Shown: positions 40,745-50,584 of the stretch, in pieces | How positions within the stretch are numbered: the stretch's first letter is position 1 | Layout of the letters: every line of letters starts with the position of its first letter | Origin: an uncultured Collinsella sp. | GTDB lineage: Bacteria > Actinomycetota > Coriobacteriia > Coriobacteriales > Coriobacteriaceae | NCBI GenBank assembly: GCA_958445895.1 | Contig: CAUCTV010000004.1 | Coordinates: 716 to 64,715 of the forward strand | Direction: 5' to 3' | Length of the DNA: 64,000 nt | Position numbers and translations under genes: made by a program | Notes under the pieces: generated by a model | What the model was told of the DNA's origin: nothing | The model's database searches: none | The model's input: the letters and a program-made list of their open reading frames with translations, nothing else

Positions 40745-41875
40745 CTAGGCGCGGTGCCAGTCGGTCAGGCAGGCATCGAGGGAGGCGATGAGCGCATCCT
40801 TGTCCATGTGACGGCCGATGATGCACAGGCTCGTCATGCGGTCGCCCGTCTCGTCGTCCCAAATCTGCATGATCTCGGGGTTCTCGTCGATGATCTTCTG
40901 CTTCTCGCCCTCGGGCGCGGAGTCAACGAACAGACCGTTCTCCATCAGGCGCATTTGGTGGCCGGCCTGCTCGAACATGTAGCACATGTCCGGATCGCCG
41001 GTCTGCCACAGCGGACCCTTGACGCGGATGACCTCGTCGGGCCACTCCTGCTCAACAAAATCGGTGAACTTCTGCAGGTCAAACGGCTTGCGGCGCGAGT
41101 ACACAAAGGTCTCGATGTCGTACTCGAGCACCTCGGGGTCGTCGTGCTCCTCGGGATGCTCCATGGCCTCGATCCAGGCGGCGGAGTTGTAGGCGCGCAT
41201 AAAGTCGAAGCGGTCGGTGTCGAGCAGCTCCTCCATGGGGACCTCGCCGTTTTGGGCCTCGACAATCACGGCGTCCTTCTGCAGGCTGCGCACGATAGCC
41301 TTGAGCTCGGCGATCTGCTCAGGGCTCACGGTATCGGTCTTGTTGAGGATCAGCGTGGAGCAGAACTCGATCTGCTGGATGAGCAGGCTCTCGATGTCGT
41401 CCTCGTCGATATCCTCGGCCAGCAGGTCGCGACCGCCGTTGAACTCGTCGTACATGCGGGCGCAATCGACCACGGCCACGATGTTGTCGAGTGCAAGCTT
41501 GGGCTGGCCGCCCACCTTGGCCTCGTCGCAGAAGCTTGAGATGGTGTAGGCGATGGGGATAGGCTCGCAGATACCCGAGGCCTCGATGATGATGTAGTCG
41601 AACTTGCCCGAATCGGCGATGCCCTGCAGCTGGTTGGCAAGGTCGTCCGAAAGCGTGCAGCAGATGCAGCCGTTGGTGAGCGGGATGAGGTCGTCGGTCT
41701 CGGAAAGGCCGCCGTCGGCGATGAGGCTGGCGTCGACGTTGATCTCGCCGATATCGTTGACGATCACGGCGGCGCGGATGCCGCCGTCGTTAGCGAGGAT
41801 GTGGTTGAGCAGTGTGGTCTTGCCGGCACCGAGGTATCCGGTAAGCATGATGATCTTCACGGGTTTGTTGGGCAT
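40745..41875 (-). CDS. COG0523 (CobW/P47K) G3E GTPase metallochaperone
   Basis: LTGYLGAGKTT, VNDIGE..VD, GCICC, EASG, NKTD, IRVKG; AAGGAGG RBS before ATG 41875. Confidence 0.93.
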   Translation of the reverse strand: MPNKPVKIIMLTGYLGAGKTTLLNHILANDGGIRAAVIVNDIGEINVDASLIADGGLSETDDLIPLTNGCICCTLSDDLANQLQGIADSGKFDYIIIEASGICEPIPIAYTISSFCDEAKVGGQPKLALDNIVAVVDCARMYDEFNGGRDLLAEDIDEDDIESLLIQQIEFCSTLILNKTDTVSPEQIAELKAIVRSLQKDAVIVEAQNGEVPMEELLDTDRFDFMRAYNSAAWIEAMEHPEEHDDPEVLEYDIETFVYSRRKPFDLQKFTDFVEQEWPDEVIRVKGPLWQTGDPDMCYMFEQAGHQMRLMENGLFVDSAPEGEKQKIIDENPEIMQIWDDETGDRMTSLCIIGRHMDKDALIASLDACLTDWHRA

Positions 41876-41961
41876 GTGCCCTCCTTTGTTAGACATGGCT
41901 TACAGTTGAATCTTATGCCAAACGCCTGCTCTTATACCCACGCGCCGGCAAATAACACAGG

Positions 41962-42303
41962 CTACTCCCAGGCTCCCCATACATCGGGGCAATAACCGAC
42001 GGTGGCCTTTTTGCCGTTGCGCACGATGGGCTCGGCTAGAACCTGCTGGTTCTCGAGCAACTTGTCGAAGCGCTGGCTAGGGGTGAGGTGCTGGATGAGC
42101 GCGAGCGTCTCCTCGTCCTTGGCCTTGGGGTTGAGCAGCTTGTCGATGCCGCCGACCGCCTGCATCACGCTCGTGAGCTCGCCTTTGCTCATCTCCTTTT
42201 CCTTCAGGTCGATAAATTGCACCTTAATGCGGCGCTCCTTAAAATAGCGCTGGGCCTTCTTGGTGTCGAAGGACTTTTTGGTGCCAAAGATTTGAATATT
42301 CAT
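41962..42303 (-). CDS. ArsC/Spx/YffB-family thioredoxin-fold protein
   Basis: IQIFGTKKSFDTKKAQRYFKERRI, PIVRNGK.ATVG; the usual N-terminal Cys is Ser here. Confidence 0.8.
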   Translation of the reverse strand: MNIQIFGTKKSFDTKKAQRYFKERRIKVQFIDLKEKEMSKGELTSVMQAVGGIDKLLNPKAKDEETLALIQHLTPSQRFDKLLENQQVLAEPIVRNGKKATVGYCPDVWGAWE

Positions 42304-42944
42304 TGTTTGGTTCCGCCGTTCTGCCTGATGAAGTTGGTCCTAGCGCGATCGGCCTCGGGAGCTTCGATGCCAGCGGCCTGTCCTGCCTCGATACAATGCA
42401 GGAGCCAGGCCATGTTCTTGCCGATGTTGCGCATGGTGGCCAGACCCTCGGCATCTCCGTCGGCGTCGCCGGGCACGCAGCCAAACACGTTGTTCCAGTA
42501 CGTGGACGCTACCACAGGCATCTGGTTGATGGTGAAGTACTTATTGAGCACGTCGAAGGTCGTCGACGTACCGCCGCGACGGGCGACGGCGACGGCAGCG
42601 CCCGGCTTGTGTGCAAAAGCTTTGCTACCGGCATAGAATGCGCGATCGAGTGCCGAGAGAATGCGGCCGCTGGGGTGCGCGTAGTAGACAGGCGAGCCAA
42701 AGACAAAGCCGTCGGCCTGTTCGGCGGCAGCGATCAGCTCGTTGACCACGTCGTCGTCAAAGGTGCAGCGACCGCCAAGCTTGCCACACTGGCCGCAACC
42801 GATGCAATCGCGAATAGGCTTGGCGCCCAGCTGAAACATCTCGGTATCGATGCCCTCGACGTTGAGCTGCTCGGCGACCTCGGCGAGTGCGCGGGCCGTG
42901 TTGCCGTTTGCCTTGGGGCTGCCATTGACCAAAAGAACCTTCAT
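42300..42944 (-). CDS. Flavodoxin-like iron-sulfur flavoprotein (FMN_red family)
   Basis: NGSPKANGNT, CIGCGQC.....C, FGSPVYY, RRGGT; start MKVLLV at 42944. Confidence 0.9.
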   Translation of the reverse strand: MKVLLVNGSPKANGNTARALAEVAEQLNVEGIDTEMFQLGAKPIRDCIGCGQCGKLGGRCTFDDDVVNELIAAAEQADGFVFGSPVYYAHPSGRILSALDRAFYAGSKAFAHKPGAAVAVARRGGTSTTFDVLNKYFTINQMPVVASTYWNNVFGCVPGDADGDAEGLATMRNIGKNMAWLLHCIEAGQAAGIEAPEADRARTNFIRQNGGTKQ

Positions 42945-43001
42945 CACAAACTCCCTCTGCTGTCGGTGACTTCTGCAGAGGATTATCGCACGAGCGGGCA
43001 G

Positions 43002-43150
43002 ATGGCGTGGGGCACGATGCCGGCCCCGAGGGCCCACGGCAGGCACGCTCACCAGGTACGAGCGGGATACGGTCCAGAGGATGTTGGAGTGCGGGGCCTC
43101 GTGCGAGCAGATTGTAAGGGGTCTGGGCGGGTCGCCCTCGATGGCGAGCT
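43002..43150 (+). pseudogene. IS30-family transposase N-terminal HTH remnant (frameshifted, truncated)
   Basis: ...PRAHGRH then +1 shift to LTRYERDTVQRMLECGASCEQIVRGLGGSPSMAS, matching the HLT..ER..I..L..G.S...IA..LGRS.ST.SRE pattern. Confidence 0.65.
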
Positions 43151-43257
43151 TTGAGGCCTTGGAAGGCGGGCTGCTGCGGCGGCTATGGTTTATACTAAGG
43201 CGGTTGCTATCGAGTAATTCATACTTGGTTTGATTCGATTGTGAATGCGTAACTAGG

Positions 43258-43599
43258 ATGGAAAGCAAAGGAAACTCTATGGAAACAGAGGATGCTGTTT
43301 GCTTGATGACTTCGATTGCCTTGATTGTCCTTTCAATCCAATACCGAAGAGGAAGATGGCTCTGCTCAATTGCTGGATATGATGTCACAAAAAGGGAGAG
43401 CGAGATTGATATACGCCCTTACGCAAAGCTGATTTCTTCTGTGACGTTATGGATGGGGCTGCTGTTTTTCTTGTGGGCGGTAGAGGACTGGGTACGCGAT
43501 TGGAATACCAGCGTTTTTGAAGTTTTGGTTCTACTTCTGTTCAGCTTGGCCTCTTTGTCGTTCGTGCGGCTCGTTAGGTTTGTGTTTATGAGGCGGTAG
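43258..43599 (+). CDS. Small membrane protein (DUF3784-like) in an AT-richer patch
   Basis: Three hydrophobic segments, G.WL.SIAGYD motif; start uncertain. Confidence 0.55.
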   Translation: MESKGNSMETEDAVCLMTSIALIVLSIQYRRGRWLCSIAGYDVTKRESEIDIRPYAKLISSVTLWMGLLFFLWAVEDWVRDWNTSVFEVLVLLLFSLASLSFVRLVRFVFMRR

Positions 43600-43883
43600 C
43601 CAGCGGAAGTGGCTGGACGACAAAATGGACCAATGCAGCCAATTGTCAATAGAATTTGATAGGCTTGGCTTAACAGATTTACTCGAGGGCATATCCGTGG
43701 CGAGGGATAGGTTCTATCTTGTTGAGCACTTATTTGCATCAGGCAAAGTAAACCAAGAGTATCGAAACGGTGCCCCCGGGCCCCGGGAGGGACTGCGGGG
43801 ACGTTCGGCTAACTGCGGGTACGACCTATTTGCCCAATGTGTTCGGTTGAGATCGGAAATTAACCATCATGCGCCCCATAACG

Positions 43884-45413
43884 CTAGTCCAGCTTGGTGC
43901 CCGGTACTTGTGGTGCCTCTTCAAGTAGCGCTTTGAGCTCGTTCAAAATGGAAACGGGCTGTCGGTCGACGGCGTCCAGATGAAGTGTGGCCACACGAAT
44001 GGGCGGCTGATATTCAAATGAGCCAAAGAGTACGGGCGACCCCAAGAACCGCTCGATTTCTTCTGCGATCGTGTCGGTCTCTTCGGGATCAAGGTCATCG
44101 AAAAGCGCCACGAACATCGGTCCGGTCGAGCGGAACAGACGGCCCTTGCCGCGCGAACAGTCCATGAGGCAGGCGGCACTTTCTGCCAAAACGCGGTCGC
44201 CCGCATCAAAGCCAAAGCGGGCATTGACCTTGGCGATGTCGTCGATTTTGATGGCGACCAGGCCTGCCTTGCGCGCCACGCGACGCATTTCGCCAATGGC
44301 GTTGACCAGGGCGTGGATATCGCCCAGGCCGGTCACGGAATCGGTCGTATCCGCCAAGCTTCGGTTGATGATAATGCCCACATACATGTTGGGCTCGGTT
44401 TCGGTGCTATCCAAGCGGTAGCCCGTACACTCGCACAGCGCATATTTACCAGCGGTATTCATGACGCGATACTGCATGTAATGGAAGTGCCACGCGCCGT
44501 TTACCACCATATCGAGCTCGCTGCGCACGTTGTCGCGGTCCTCGGGGTGAACGCGGGCGAGCCACATATCGAGCGAGTTATAGGGATGCTGGGAGGGCAG
44601 GTCAAAATCGCGCACGGCATTAATCGACCATTGCGATTCGCCGGTATCGAGGTTAAGGATAAACGGATAGCGCGTCTCGGAGCTCATGGAGATCGCTTGG
44701 AACACCCGGTCGTTGCAGGGAGGCTGATCGGCGATTGGGCGCATGGATGCGTCGTTTTCCTTCGGCTGCTGCACACGGTGCATGAGCTTGTAGCGATACA
44801 TTTTGCGGTCGGCGTCCATGGTCATCTGGCGACGCGTATCGCCAGCGAGTGGGTCGACGCGCGAGCAGCCAAAGCTAAAGCTAGCGATCATGGGCGCTTT
44901 GCCGCCCGATGTTGCCTCGATAAGGTTGGTGCGCGTCCGCTCCAGGCGCTGCTCGAGTTCGGCTTCATCTGTCGTGGGGGATACGAGTACAAATTCGTCT
45001 CCACCGATACGGAACAGCAGGTCATTGGGTTCCATTGTCTCGGTGAGTGCACGGCAGATGCTCAGGATGTAGCGATTGCCCTCGGTGTGGCCAAACGTAT
45101 CGTTGCAATGCTTAAGGCGATCGATATCGATATAGGCGCAGGTGAAGGGGGTGCCTTTGTGCCAAAGCAGCTCGGCATAACGGTGGAGTCCAGCACGGTT
45201 GCCAAGATTGGTGAGCGAATCGATATAGGCGCCGCGCTCAAGCAGCTCGCGTTCTTGCTGCAGGATGGCAAATGTCTTCTGTAGCTGCTCGCCGATGGCG
45301 CACAGCTCCGTGGGCAGCGCGGCAACATCGAGCTCGGCGGTCGAGACCCCGTTCGCAAGTCGCTGAAGATAAGCAATGATCGATTGCTCGCCCAGGCGAT
45401 ACGACTCGTTCAT
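43884..45413 (-). CDS. Diguanylate cyclase: GGDEF - PAS - degenerate GGDEF
   Basis: DSLTNLGNR, DID.LK..ND.FGH.EGN, RIGGDEF; W.ARVHPED PAS; second domain FRSTGPMF; AAGGAGG RBS. Confidence 0.9.
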   Translation of the reverse strand: MNESYRLGEQSIIAYLQRLANGVSTAELDVAALPTELCAIGEQLQKTFAILQQERELLERGAYIDSLTNLGNRAGLHRYAELLWHKGTPFTCAYIDIDRLKHCNDTFGHTEGNRYILSICRALTETMEPNDLLFRIGGDEFVLVSPTTDEAELEQRLERTRTNLIEATSGGKAPMIASFSFGCSRVDPLAGDTRRQMTMDADRKMYRYKLMHRVQQPKENDASMRPIADQPPCNDRVFQAISMSSETRYPFILNLDTGESQWSINAVRDFDLPSQHPYNSLDMWLARVHPEDRDNVRSELDMVVNGAWHFHYMQYRVMNTAGKYALCECTGYRLDSTETEPNMYVGIIINRSLADTTDSVTGLGDIHALVNAIGEMRRVARKAGLVAIKIDDIAKVNARFGFDAGDRVLAESAACLMDCSRGKGRLFRSTGPMFVALFDDLDPEETDTIAEEIERFLGSPVLFGSFEYQPPIRVATLHLDAVDRQPVSILNELKALLEEAPQVPGTKLD

Positions 45414-45539
45414 GATGGATAACCTCCTTGGGCACAACAGTGGTTTGCATCATATCCCCAATTCGGTTTGGATTGGGGGCATAAGTTAGCCAATGGGGAC
45501 AAGCGCCCCTTCGGCGGTATCGTTTTGCGCGCGAGCGTA

Positions 45540-48257
45540 TCAGTTTTTGTTACCGCCATCGAGCAATGCCTCAAAATCCTTTGCCTGCATGGGGCGGTAG
45601 TAGAGGAAGCCCTGAGCGTAGTGGGCACCCATTTGGAGCAGCATGTTCGCCTGCTCGTTTGTCTCGACGCCTTCGATTACAACGGGCAGATGGAGCGATT
45701 GCGCCATCTCGAGCATTGATGAAACGATTTGCGCGCTACGGCTTTGATCGCGGTCGGTGGGCACAAACGTGCGATCAAGCTTGATGACGTCGACGTTGAC
45801 GTTCTTGAGCATCGCGAGCGTAGACTGGCCGGTGCCAAAATCGTCCATGTAGGTCGAGAAACCGCGAGTGTGTAGGTCGGCCGTCAGCTTATCCACGGCC
45901 TCGGACTCTCCCGTATAAGCCGTCTCGGTGATCTCAATGCGCATGAGCTCGGGCGGTAGGTTGTATTGGGCGGCAAGCGCCCCCATATGCTCGGCGACGT
46001 CGCAGGCAAGGATATCCACGCGCGACACATTGAGCGAGATCGGAACTACGCGCAGCCCTCGATCGATGCACTCACGCAGCCACGAGGCGACGCCCTGCCA
46101 AACATATTTGTCGAGCGTCACCACAAAACCGCTTTCCTCGAGAGCGGGGATAAAGGTGGTAGGTGAAATGAGGGAGCCATCCTTGTCAATCCAGCGTGTG
46201 AGCGCCTCGGCGCCAACGATCTCGCCGGTTTCCATGTCGACCTGGGGCTGCAAGTAGTAGGTAATGCGGCCGTTTGAGAGCGCATACTGGAATTCGGTCA
46301 GCGTGCGGTGGAACGCGATTTCGTGTTCGTATTCCTCGGGGCGGAAAATGGCAATGCGCTCCTTAAAGTCGTTTTTTGCGCGCCGATTGGTAAACATGGC
46401 CTTGGCCTGCGCATCGATGGTGATTTCCTCGTTGGAGTCGATGGGGTAGACGCCCATGGACGGCCAGAAGCCCACGCCGTCATCATGCTTGGCCACGGCC
46501 TGGCGAATGCGGCTATAGATCTGATGGACGGTGTCGTGTTCAAAGGGGATGAGTACGCAAAAATCGTCTTGGCCCCAGTACCCTGCGACGCCCATGGCGG
46601 CATTCTCGATGTCCTTGAGAACCGTGCCCACATCGGCGAGTACGCGGTCGCCCTCGGCCTGTCCGTGCCATTCGTTGAACAGTCGCATGTGCCCCATATC
46701 GACGGTGGCGATACACCAGGCGCCGTTGCGCCTTGTCTCGAGAAATTCGTTGGCGCGGCGCATAAACTCGCTGGGTCGATAGAGACCCGTGAGCGGATCG
46801 ATGCGTTCGGCGATGGCGCTTTTGCGCTCCACCTCGGGTATGGGGAGGCTGTCGTTGGGAACAAGCCCGCCGGCCGTGCGAATGCGACGGTCGAGTTCGC
46901 CTAAAACGGCGGCCGTTTGATTGGTCAGGTGCTCGTAAAAGGCCGGAACGACAAGACAGACGGGGGTAATAGTGTCGCCCGCGATTCGAACGGGAGCGAA
47001 AACGGCCTCTTTGAGATGTTGGATCAGTTGCTCGAATGCTTCGTGATCCAAATTGTTGCTAAGCACGACGAACTGGGCGTTGCGTGAACGGAAGACGCGA
47101 CTCCTGCCGCGAGTAATCGACAGCATGCGGCCTGCGTATTCGGCGAGCATGTTGTCGACGGCCTCGGCCCCGTAGAGCTCGTTGAGCTTTGCCGTGCCGC
47201 GAACGCGCACTGCTATAAGCCCCGTCTCGCAACGGTCGCGACGGCAGGCATCGATAGCGTTGATCAGCGTGCGCTGTGTTCCGAGACCCGTGGCGGCGTC
47301 GACGGTCTCGGCAAGCGAGTGGTTGACGAGCTCGCCGACATAGAGCGAGGGGACATTTCCGTCGCCGTCGATACGAAACCCGCGAGCACGGCCGAGGATG
47401 TAATCGCCGGCGGCATTGCGCACGCGGTACTGCATGACGTGACGATGTTTGGAGCCGTCATAGATTTGGTCGATGTCGTTGGTATAGGCCTCAAGGTCAT
47501 CGGGATGGACACGCGTTTTCCAGTAATCGTGGCAGTTGTCTATATGCTCCGAAGGAAGACCAAGATCGCGCAAGGCGCCTTGTGACCAAAGGGTTCGATG
47601 TTTGTCCAAGTTCTCGATAAAGAAATATCGGCCTTCGTTGAGCATCGAAAGGGCGTCGAAAATGCGATCGCTTATTTCGAAGTCGTCGGTGTGGGCTTGT
47701 GCGATATTGCGTCGATCAAGGTGCACGGCATGACGTAGCTTGTAGTCGTACATGCGATGATCGGCATCGTTCGTCAAGCGATTGGGGGCTTCGCCCAGGG
47801 CGGGGTCGGCGTGTGCCACTCCGTAGCTAAACGAGTGAGGCATCTTGGAAGCGTTGTTTTCGAGCAGTACCGTTCGGCAGTGTTCCAGACGTTCGGCAAG
47901 GTCGTCCTCGGTCGCAATCGTAGATAGGATGGCGAACTCGTCGCCCCCCAGACGAAATGCCGCCTCGTCCACCTTCATATACAGTTTGAGATAGAGGCTC
48001 ACCTGCAAGATATAGCGGTTGCCCTCGTCATGTCCAAAGATGTCGTTGCAGTGCTTAAGGTTATCGATGTCGATAAACGCCATGGTCACGGGCAGTTCCT
48101 GCTCCCAGAGTTCCTCTAAGGAACGGGTAAAGCCGCCGCGGTTGCCAAGTCCGGTGAGCTCGTCGGTAAAGGCGGTCCTGATCAGATCGTCCTGACGCTC
48201 CAGAAGGTCACGGATGGTCTTTTCGAGCGTTTCGGTATTATTGCTGGCGTTATCCAT
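45540..48257 (-). CDS. GGDEF - PAS - two degenerate GGDEF - EAL protein
   Basis: RLGGDEF, W..RVHPDD, degenerate FRSRNAQF and YWGQDDF, GAEALTRW, IEITE, MDDFGTG, IKLD, IEGVET, QGF. Confidence 0.92.
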   Translation of the reverse strand: MDNASNNTETLEKTIRDLLERQDDLIRTAFTDELTGLGNRGGFTRSLEELWEQELPVTMAFIDIDNLKHCNDIFGHDEGNRYILQVSLYLKLYMKVDEAAFRLGGDEFAILSTIATEDDLAERLEHCRTVLLENNASKMPHSFSYGVAHADPALGEAPNRLTNDADHRMYDYKLRHAVHLDRRNIAQAHTDDFEISDRIFDALSMLNEGRYFFIENLDKHRTLWSQGALRDLGLPSEHIDNCHDYWKTRVHPDDLEAYTNDIDQIYDGSKHRHVMQYRVRNAAGDYILGRARGFRIDGDGNVPSLYVGELVNHSLAETVDAATGLGTQRTLINAIDACRRDRCETGLIAVRVRGTAKLNELYGAEAVDNMLAEYAGRMLSITRGRSRVFRSRNAQFVVLSNNLDHEAFEQLIQHLKEAVFAPVRIAGDTITPVCLVVPAFYEHLTNQTAAVLGELDRRIRTAGGLVPNDSLPIPEVERKSAIAERIDPLTGLYRPSEFMRRANEFLETRRNGAWCIATVDMGHMRLFNEWHGQAEGDRVLADVGTVLKDIENAAMGVAGYWGQDDFCVLIPFEHDTVHQIYSRIRQAVAKHDDGVGFWPSMGVYPIDSNEEITIDAQAKAMFTNRRAKNDFKERIAIFRPEEYEHEIAFHRTLTEFQYALSNGRITYYLQPQVDMETGEIVGAEALTRWIDKDGSLISPTTFIPALEESGFVVTLDKYVWQGVASWLRECIDRGLRVVPISLNVSRVDILACDVAEHMGALAAQYNLPPELMRIEITETAYTGESEAVDKLTADLHTRGFSTYMDDFGTGQSTLAMLKNVNVDVIKLDRTFVPTDRDQSRSAQIVSSMLEMAQSLHLPVVIEGVETNEQANMLLQMGAHYAQGFLYYRPMQAKDFEALLDGGNKN

Positions 48258-48576
48258 ACTGTAAGCGGCTTTCTGAGGTCGGGGCGGATTGCGTCGGGCG
48301 AGCTCGTTGTGCACATGCGTTGCTGCTCAACGCCTTGCGTGTTTCCAAGCCCCCGCCTTGCTGCGTCGTTGGGTTTATTTGTCGGTTCGTGCTCTCGGCT
48401 GATAACTACTGAGTAGTATAAACAAGTGTATGGAATTATGTAGGGGTGCCCATGTTGCGGGCGGCCATTATTCGCCAAACGGTAACGCGACGATGTTCGA
48501 TGAAAATGCGACTGAGACGATATTTGTTGATGGGTATACTTGTTCCGTTTTAAAACGCAGGAACGGAGATGGTCGC

Positions 48577-49446
48577 ATGGCACAGTCAAATATGACGCGC
48601 ACGGTGGGGCTGGCGCTCGAGGGAGGCGGCTACCGCGGTATGTATACGGCGGGCGTGCTCGACGTTTGGATGGAGCACGGTTTGACCTGCGACCATATGG
48701 TGGGCGTCTCGGCGGGCGCGGCATTTGGCTACAACTTTAAATCGCGCCAGATCGGCCGCGCCATTCGCTATAACAAGGCCTATTGCGCCGACAAACGCTA
48801 TGCGAGCGTGACCAGCTGGCTGCGAACCGGCGATATGTTCAATGCCGATTTTGCCTATCACGAGGTGCCCATCGAGCGCGATCCCATCGACCTGGAGGCG
48901 TATCGCGCCTGCCCCATGCGGTTTACGTGCGTGTGCACCGATATCGAGACGGGCAAGGCCGTCTACCACGACCTGCCCTATGGCGACGAGCGGGATATCG
49001 AGTGGATCCGGGCATCGTCGGCGATTCCTGTGGCGACGCGTCCCGTTGCTATTGACGGGCATAAGTATCTGGATGGTGGCGTGGCTGATTCTATTCCCAG
49101 CGCATGGCTGTTTGCGCAGGGGTATGACCGCAATATCGTGGTACTCACGCAGCCGGCGGGCTTTGTGAAGCAGCCCAACAGCGTGATGCCCATGCTGCGG
49201 CGCGTGTTCCGTCACTATCCGGAGTTTGTTGCAGCGCTTGAGCATCGGCATGAGGTCTACAATGCCACGCTCGATGACCTGGCACGTCGAGAGGCTGCCG
49301 GGGAAATCTTTGTGGTGCGGCCGAGCGAATCGGTGAAGGTGCCGTCGCTGTGCCGCGAACCGGATGAGCTCGAGCGCATCTACCAGGTCGGCCGCCACGA
49401 TGCAGAGGCGACTTTGCCGGCGTTGGAAGCGTATCTGGCGGGGTAA
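48577..49446 (+). CDS. Patatin-like phospholipase family protein
   Basis: LEGGGYRG, GVSAG (catalytic Ser), ASSAIP, LDGG. Confidence 0.92.
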   Translation: MAQSNMTRTVGLALEGGGYRGMYTAGVLDVWMEHGLTCDHMVGVSAGAAFGYNFKSRQIGRAIRYNKAYCADKRYASVTSWLRTGDMFNADFAYHEVPIERDPIDLEAYRACPMRFTCVCTDIETGKAVYHDLPYGDERDIEWIRASSAIPVATRPVAIDGHKYLDGGVADSIPSAWLFAQGYDRNIVVLTQPAGFVKQPNSVMPMLRRVFRHYPEFVAALEHRHEVYNATLDDLARREAAGEIFVVRPSESVKVPSLCREPDELERIYQVGRHDAEATLPALEAYLAG

Positions 49447-49457
49447 GGGTCGCATAC

Positions 49458-49503
49458 GGAAAGCGCATCCCGGAATGGAGGCCCAAACTGGGATGCGCTT
49501 TCC
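49458..49503. terminator. Hairpin between convergent patatin and thiE genes
   Basis: GGAAAGCGCATCCC/GGGATGCGCTTTCC stem. Confidence 0.65.
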
Positions 49504-49547
49504 ATTGCTGAAGATATGAGGCTGCGAATCAGCTGTTCGGCCTATGC

Positions 49548-50243
49548 CTATGCCTGCTGCCAGGTGTCGACAAGCTCCTTGGCCGCGGCGTAGGGATCGT
49601 CGGCGCTGCAGACGGCGCTCACCACAAAGAAGCCGTCGACGCCGGTTGCCTTAAGCTGCGGCAAGTCGGCCGTCTTAACGCCGCCGCCCACCACGATGGG
49701 CACGGGGCTTGCCGCGTGGAGTGCGGCCAGGTCCTCAAAGCTCTTGGTGATGATGGAGCCATCGGCTGCGCGTCCGCAGTCGCGCTTGGTCTCGGTCTCG
49801 TGGAGCGGGCCGATGCCCAGGTAGTCGACCAGACTCATGTCGGCGGTCTTGACGTACTCGAGCATTTCCTCGCAACGGGCCGAAAGGCCCACGATGGCGT
49901 CGGGGCCCAGCAGCTTGCGACAGACCTCGACGGGAATATCGCTCTGGCCCACGTGCACGCCGTCGACCGCAATGCCCTGCTCGCGTGCGGCGAGTACGCA
50001 GTCAAGGCGGTCATCGATCAGCAAGGCGACCTGACCGGTCTTGCCGGCCTGTGCGATTGCCTGCGCGGCGTCGCCGGTCAGCGCAATGATCTCGCGGGCG
50101 CTTGCCACCTTGGAGCGCACCTGAATGCAGGTAAAGCCGGCGTCGAGCGCCTGGGCCACCACATCGCCCACGGGGCGTCCGAGGGTGTTTTCGGGGCCGA
50201 GCACCAGATAGGCCGAGATATCAAGGTTGTCGCGGATGCTCAT
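49548..50243 (-). CDS. thiE: Thiamine-phosphate synthase
   Basis: IQVRSK, IDDR.D, GVHVGQSD, IVGLS, DYLGIGP..ET.TK; in the TPP operon. Confidence 0.92.
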   Translation of the reverse strand: MSIRDNLDISAYLVLGPENTLGRPVGDVVAQALDAGFTCIQVRSKVASAREIIALTGDAAQAIAQAGKTGQVALLIDDRLDCVLAAREQGIAVDGVHVGQSDIPVEVCRKLLGPDAIVGLSARCEEMLEYVKTADMSLVDYLGIGPLHETETKRDCGRAADGSIITKSFEDLAALHAASPVPIVVGGGVKTADLPQLKATGVDGFFVVSAVCSADDPYAAAKELVDTWQQA

Positions 50244-50581
50244 CGTGCTTCCTCCTGCTTTTTGATCTGCGCTTCCATGCGCTCGAGTTTGCCGGTCATG
50301 GTGTCGGTAAATCCAGGTCGAATATCGGCTTTGAGCACGACTTCGGTTCGGATGCCCTTGTTCGCTAACACAAAGGTCGCGTCGCGCACGACCTGCATGA
50401 CCTCGTCCCAGTCGCCCTCGATCTCGGTGAACATCGAGGTGGTGCGGTTGGGAAGGCCGCTCTCGCGAATGACGCGCACGACCTCGGCGACCTCGGCGGA
50501 CAGTTCATCGCCGGTGCCGCACGGGGCGATGGCCACAGCGACGAGCGTGTTCATGCCGGCATTGGTTGCGGGCTCGGACAT
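50240..50581 (-). CDS. MTH1187/YkoF-type thiamine-binding protein
   Basis: AIAP, SAEVAEV...IRESGL, TSMFTEIEGDWDEV, KADIRP. Confidence 0.88.
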   Translation of the reverse strand: MSEPATNAGMNTLVAVAIAPCGTGDELSAEVAEVVRVIRESGLPNRTTSMFTEIEGDWDEVMQVVRDATFVLANKGIRTEVVLKADIRPGFTDTMTGKLERMEAQIKKQEEAR

Positions 50582-50584
50582 GGC

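Noticed and set aside
42945..43388. N-terminal extension of the flavoprotein ORF (similar extensions at 11919-12383, 40650-40862, 51459-51749)
   Set aside because: Low-quality sequence overlapping other features; RBS and family motifs support the downstream starts
45414..45539. c-di-GMP riboswitch between the GGDEF genes
   Set aside because: Only a simple CCCCAAT/ATTGGGG hairpin; no GEMM-type P1/P2 with GAAA tetraloop and receptor
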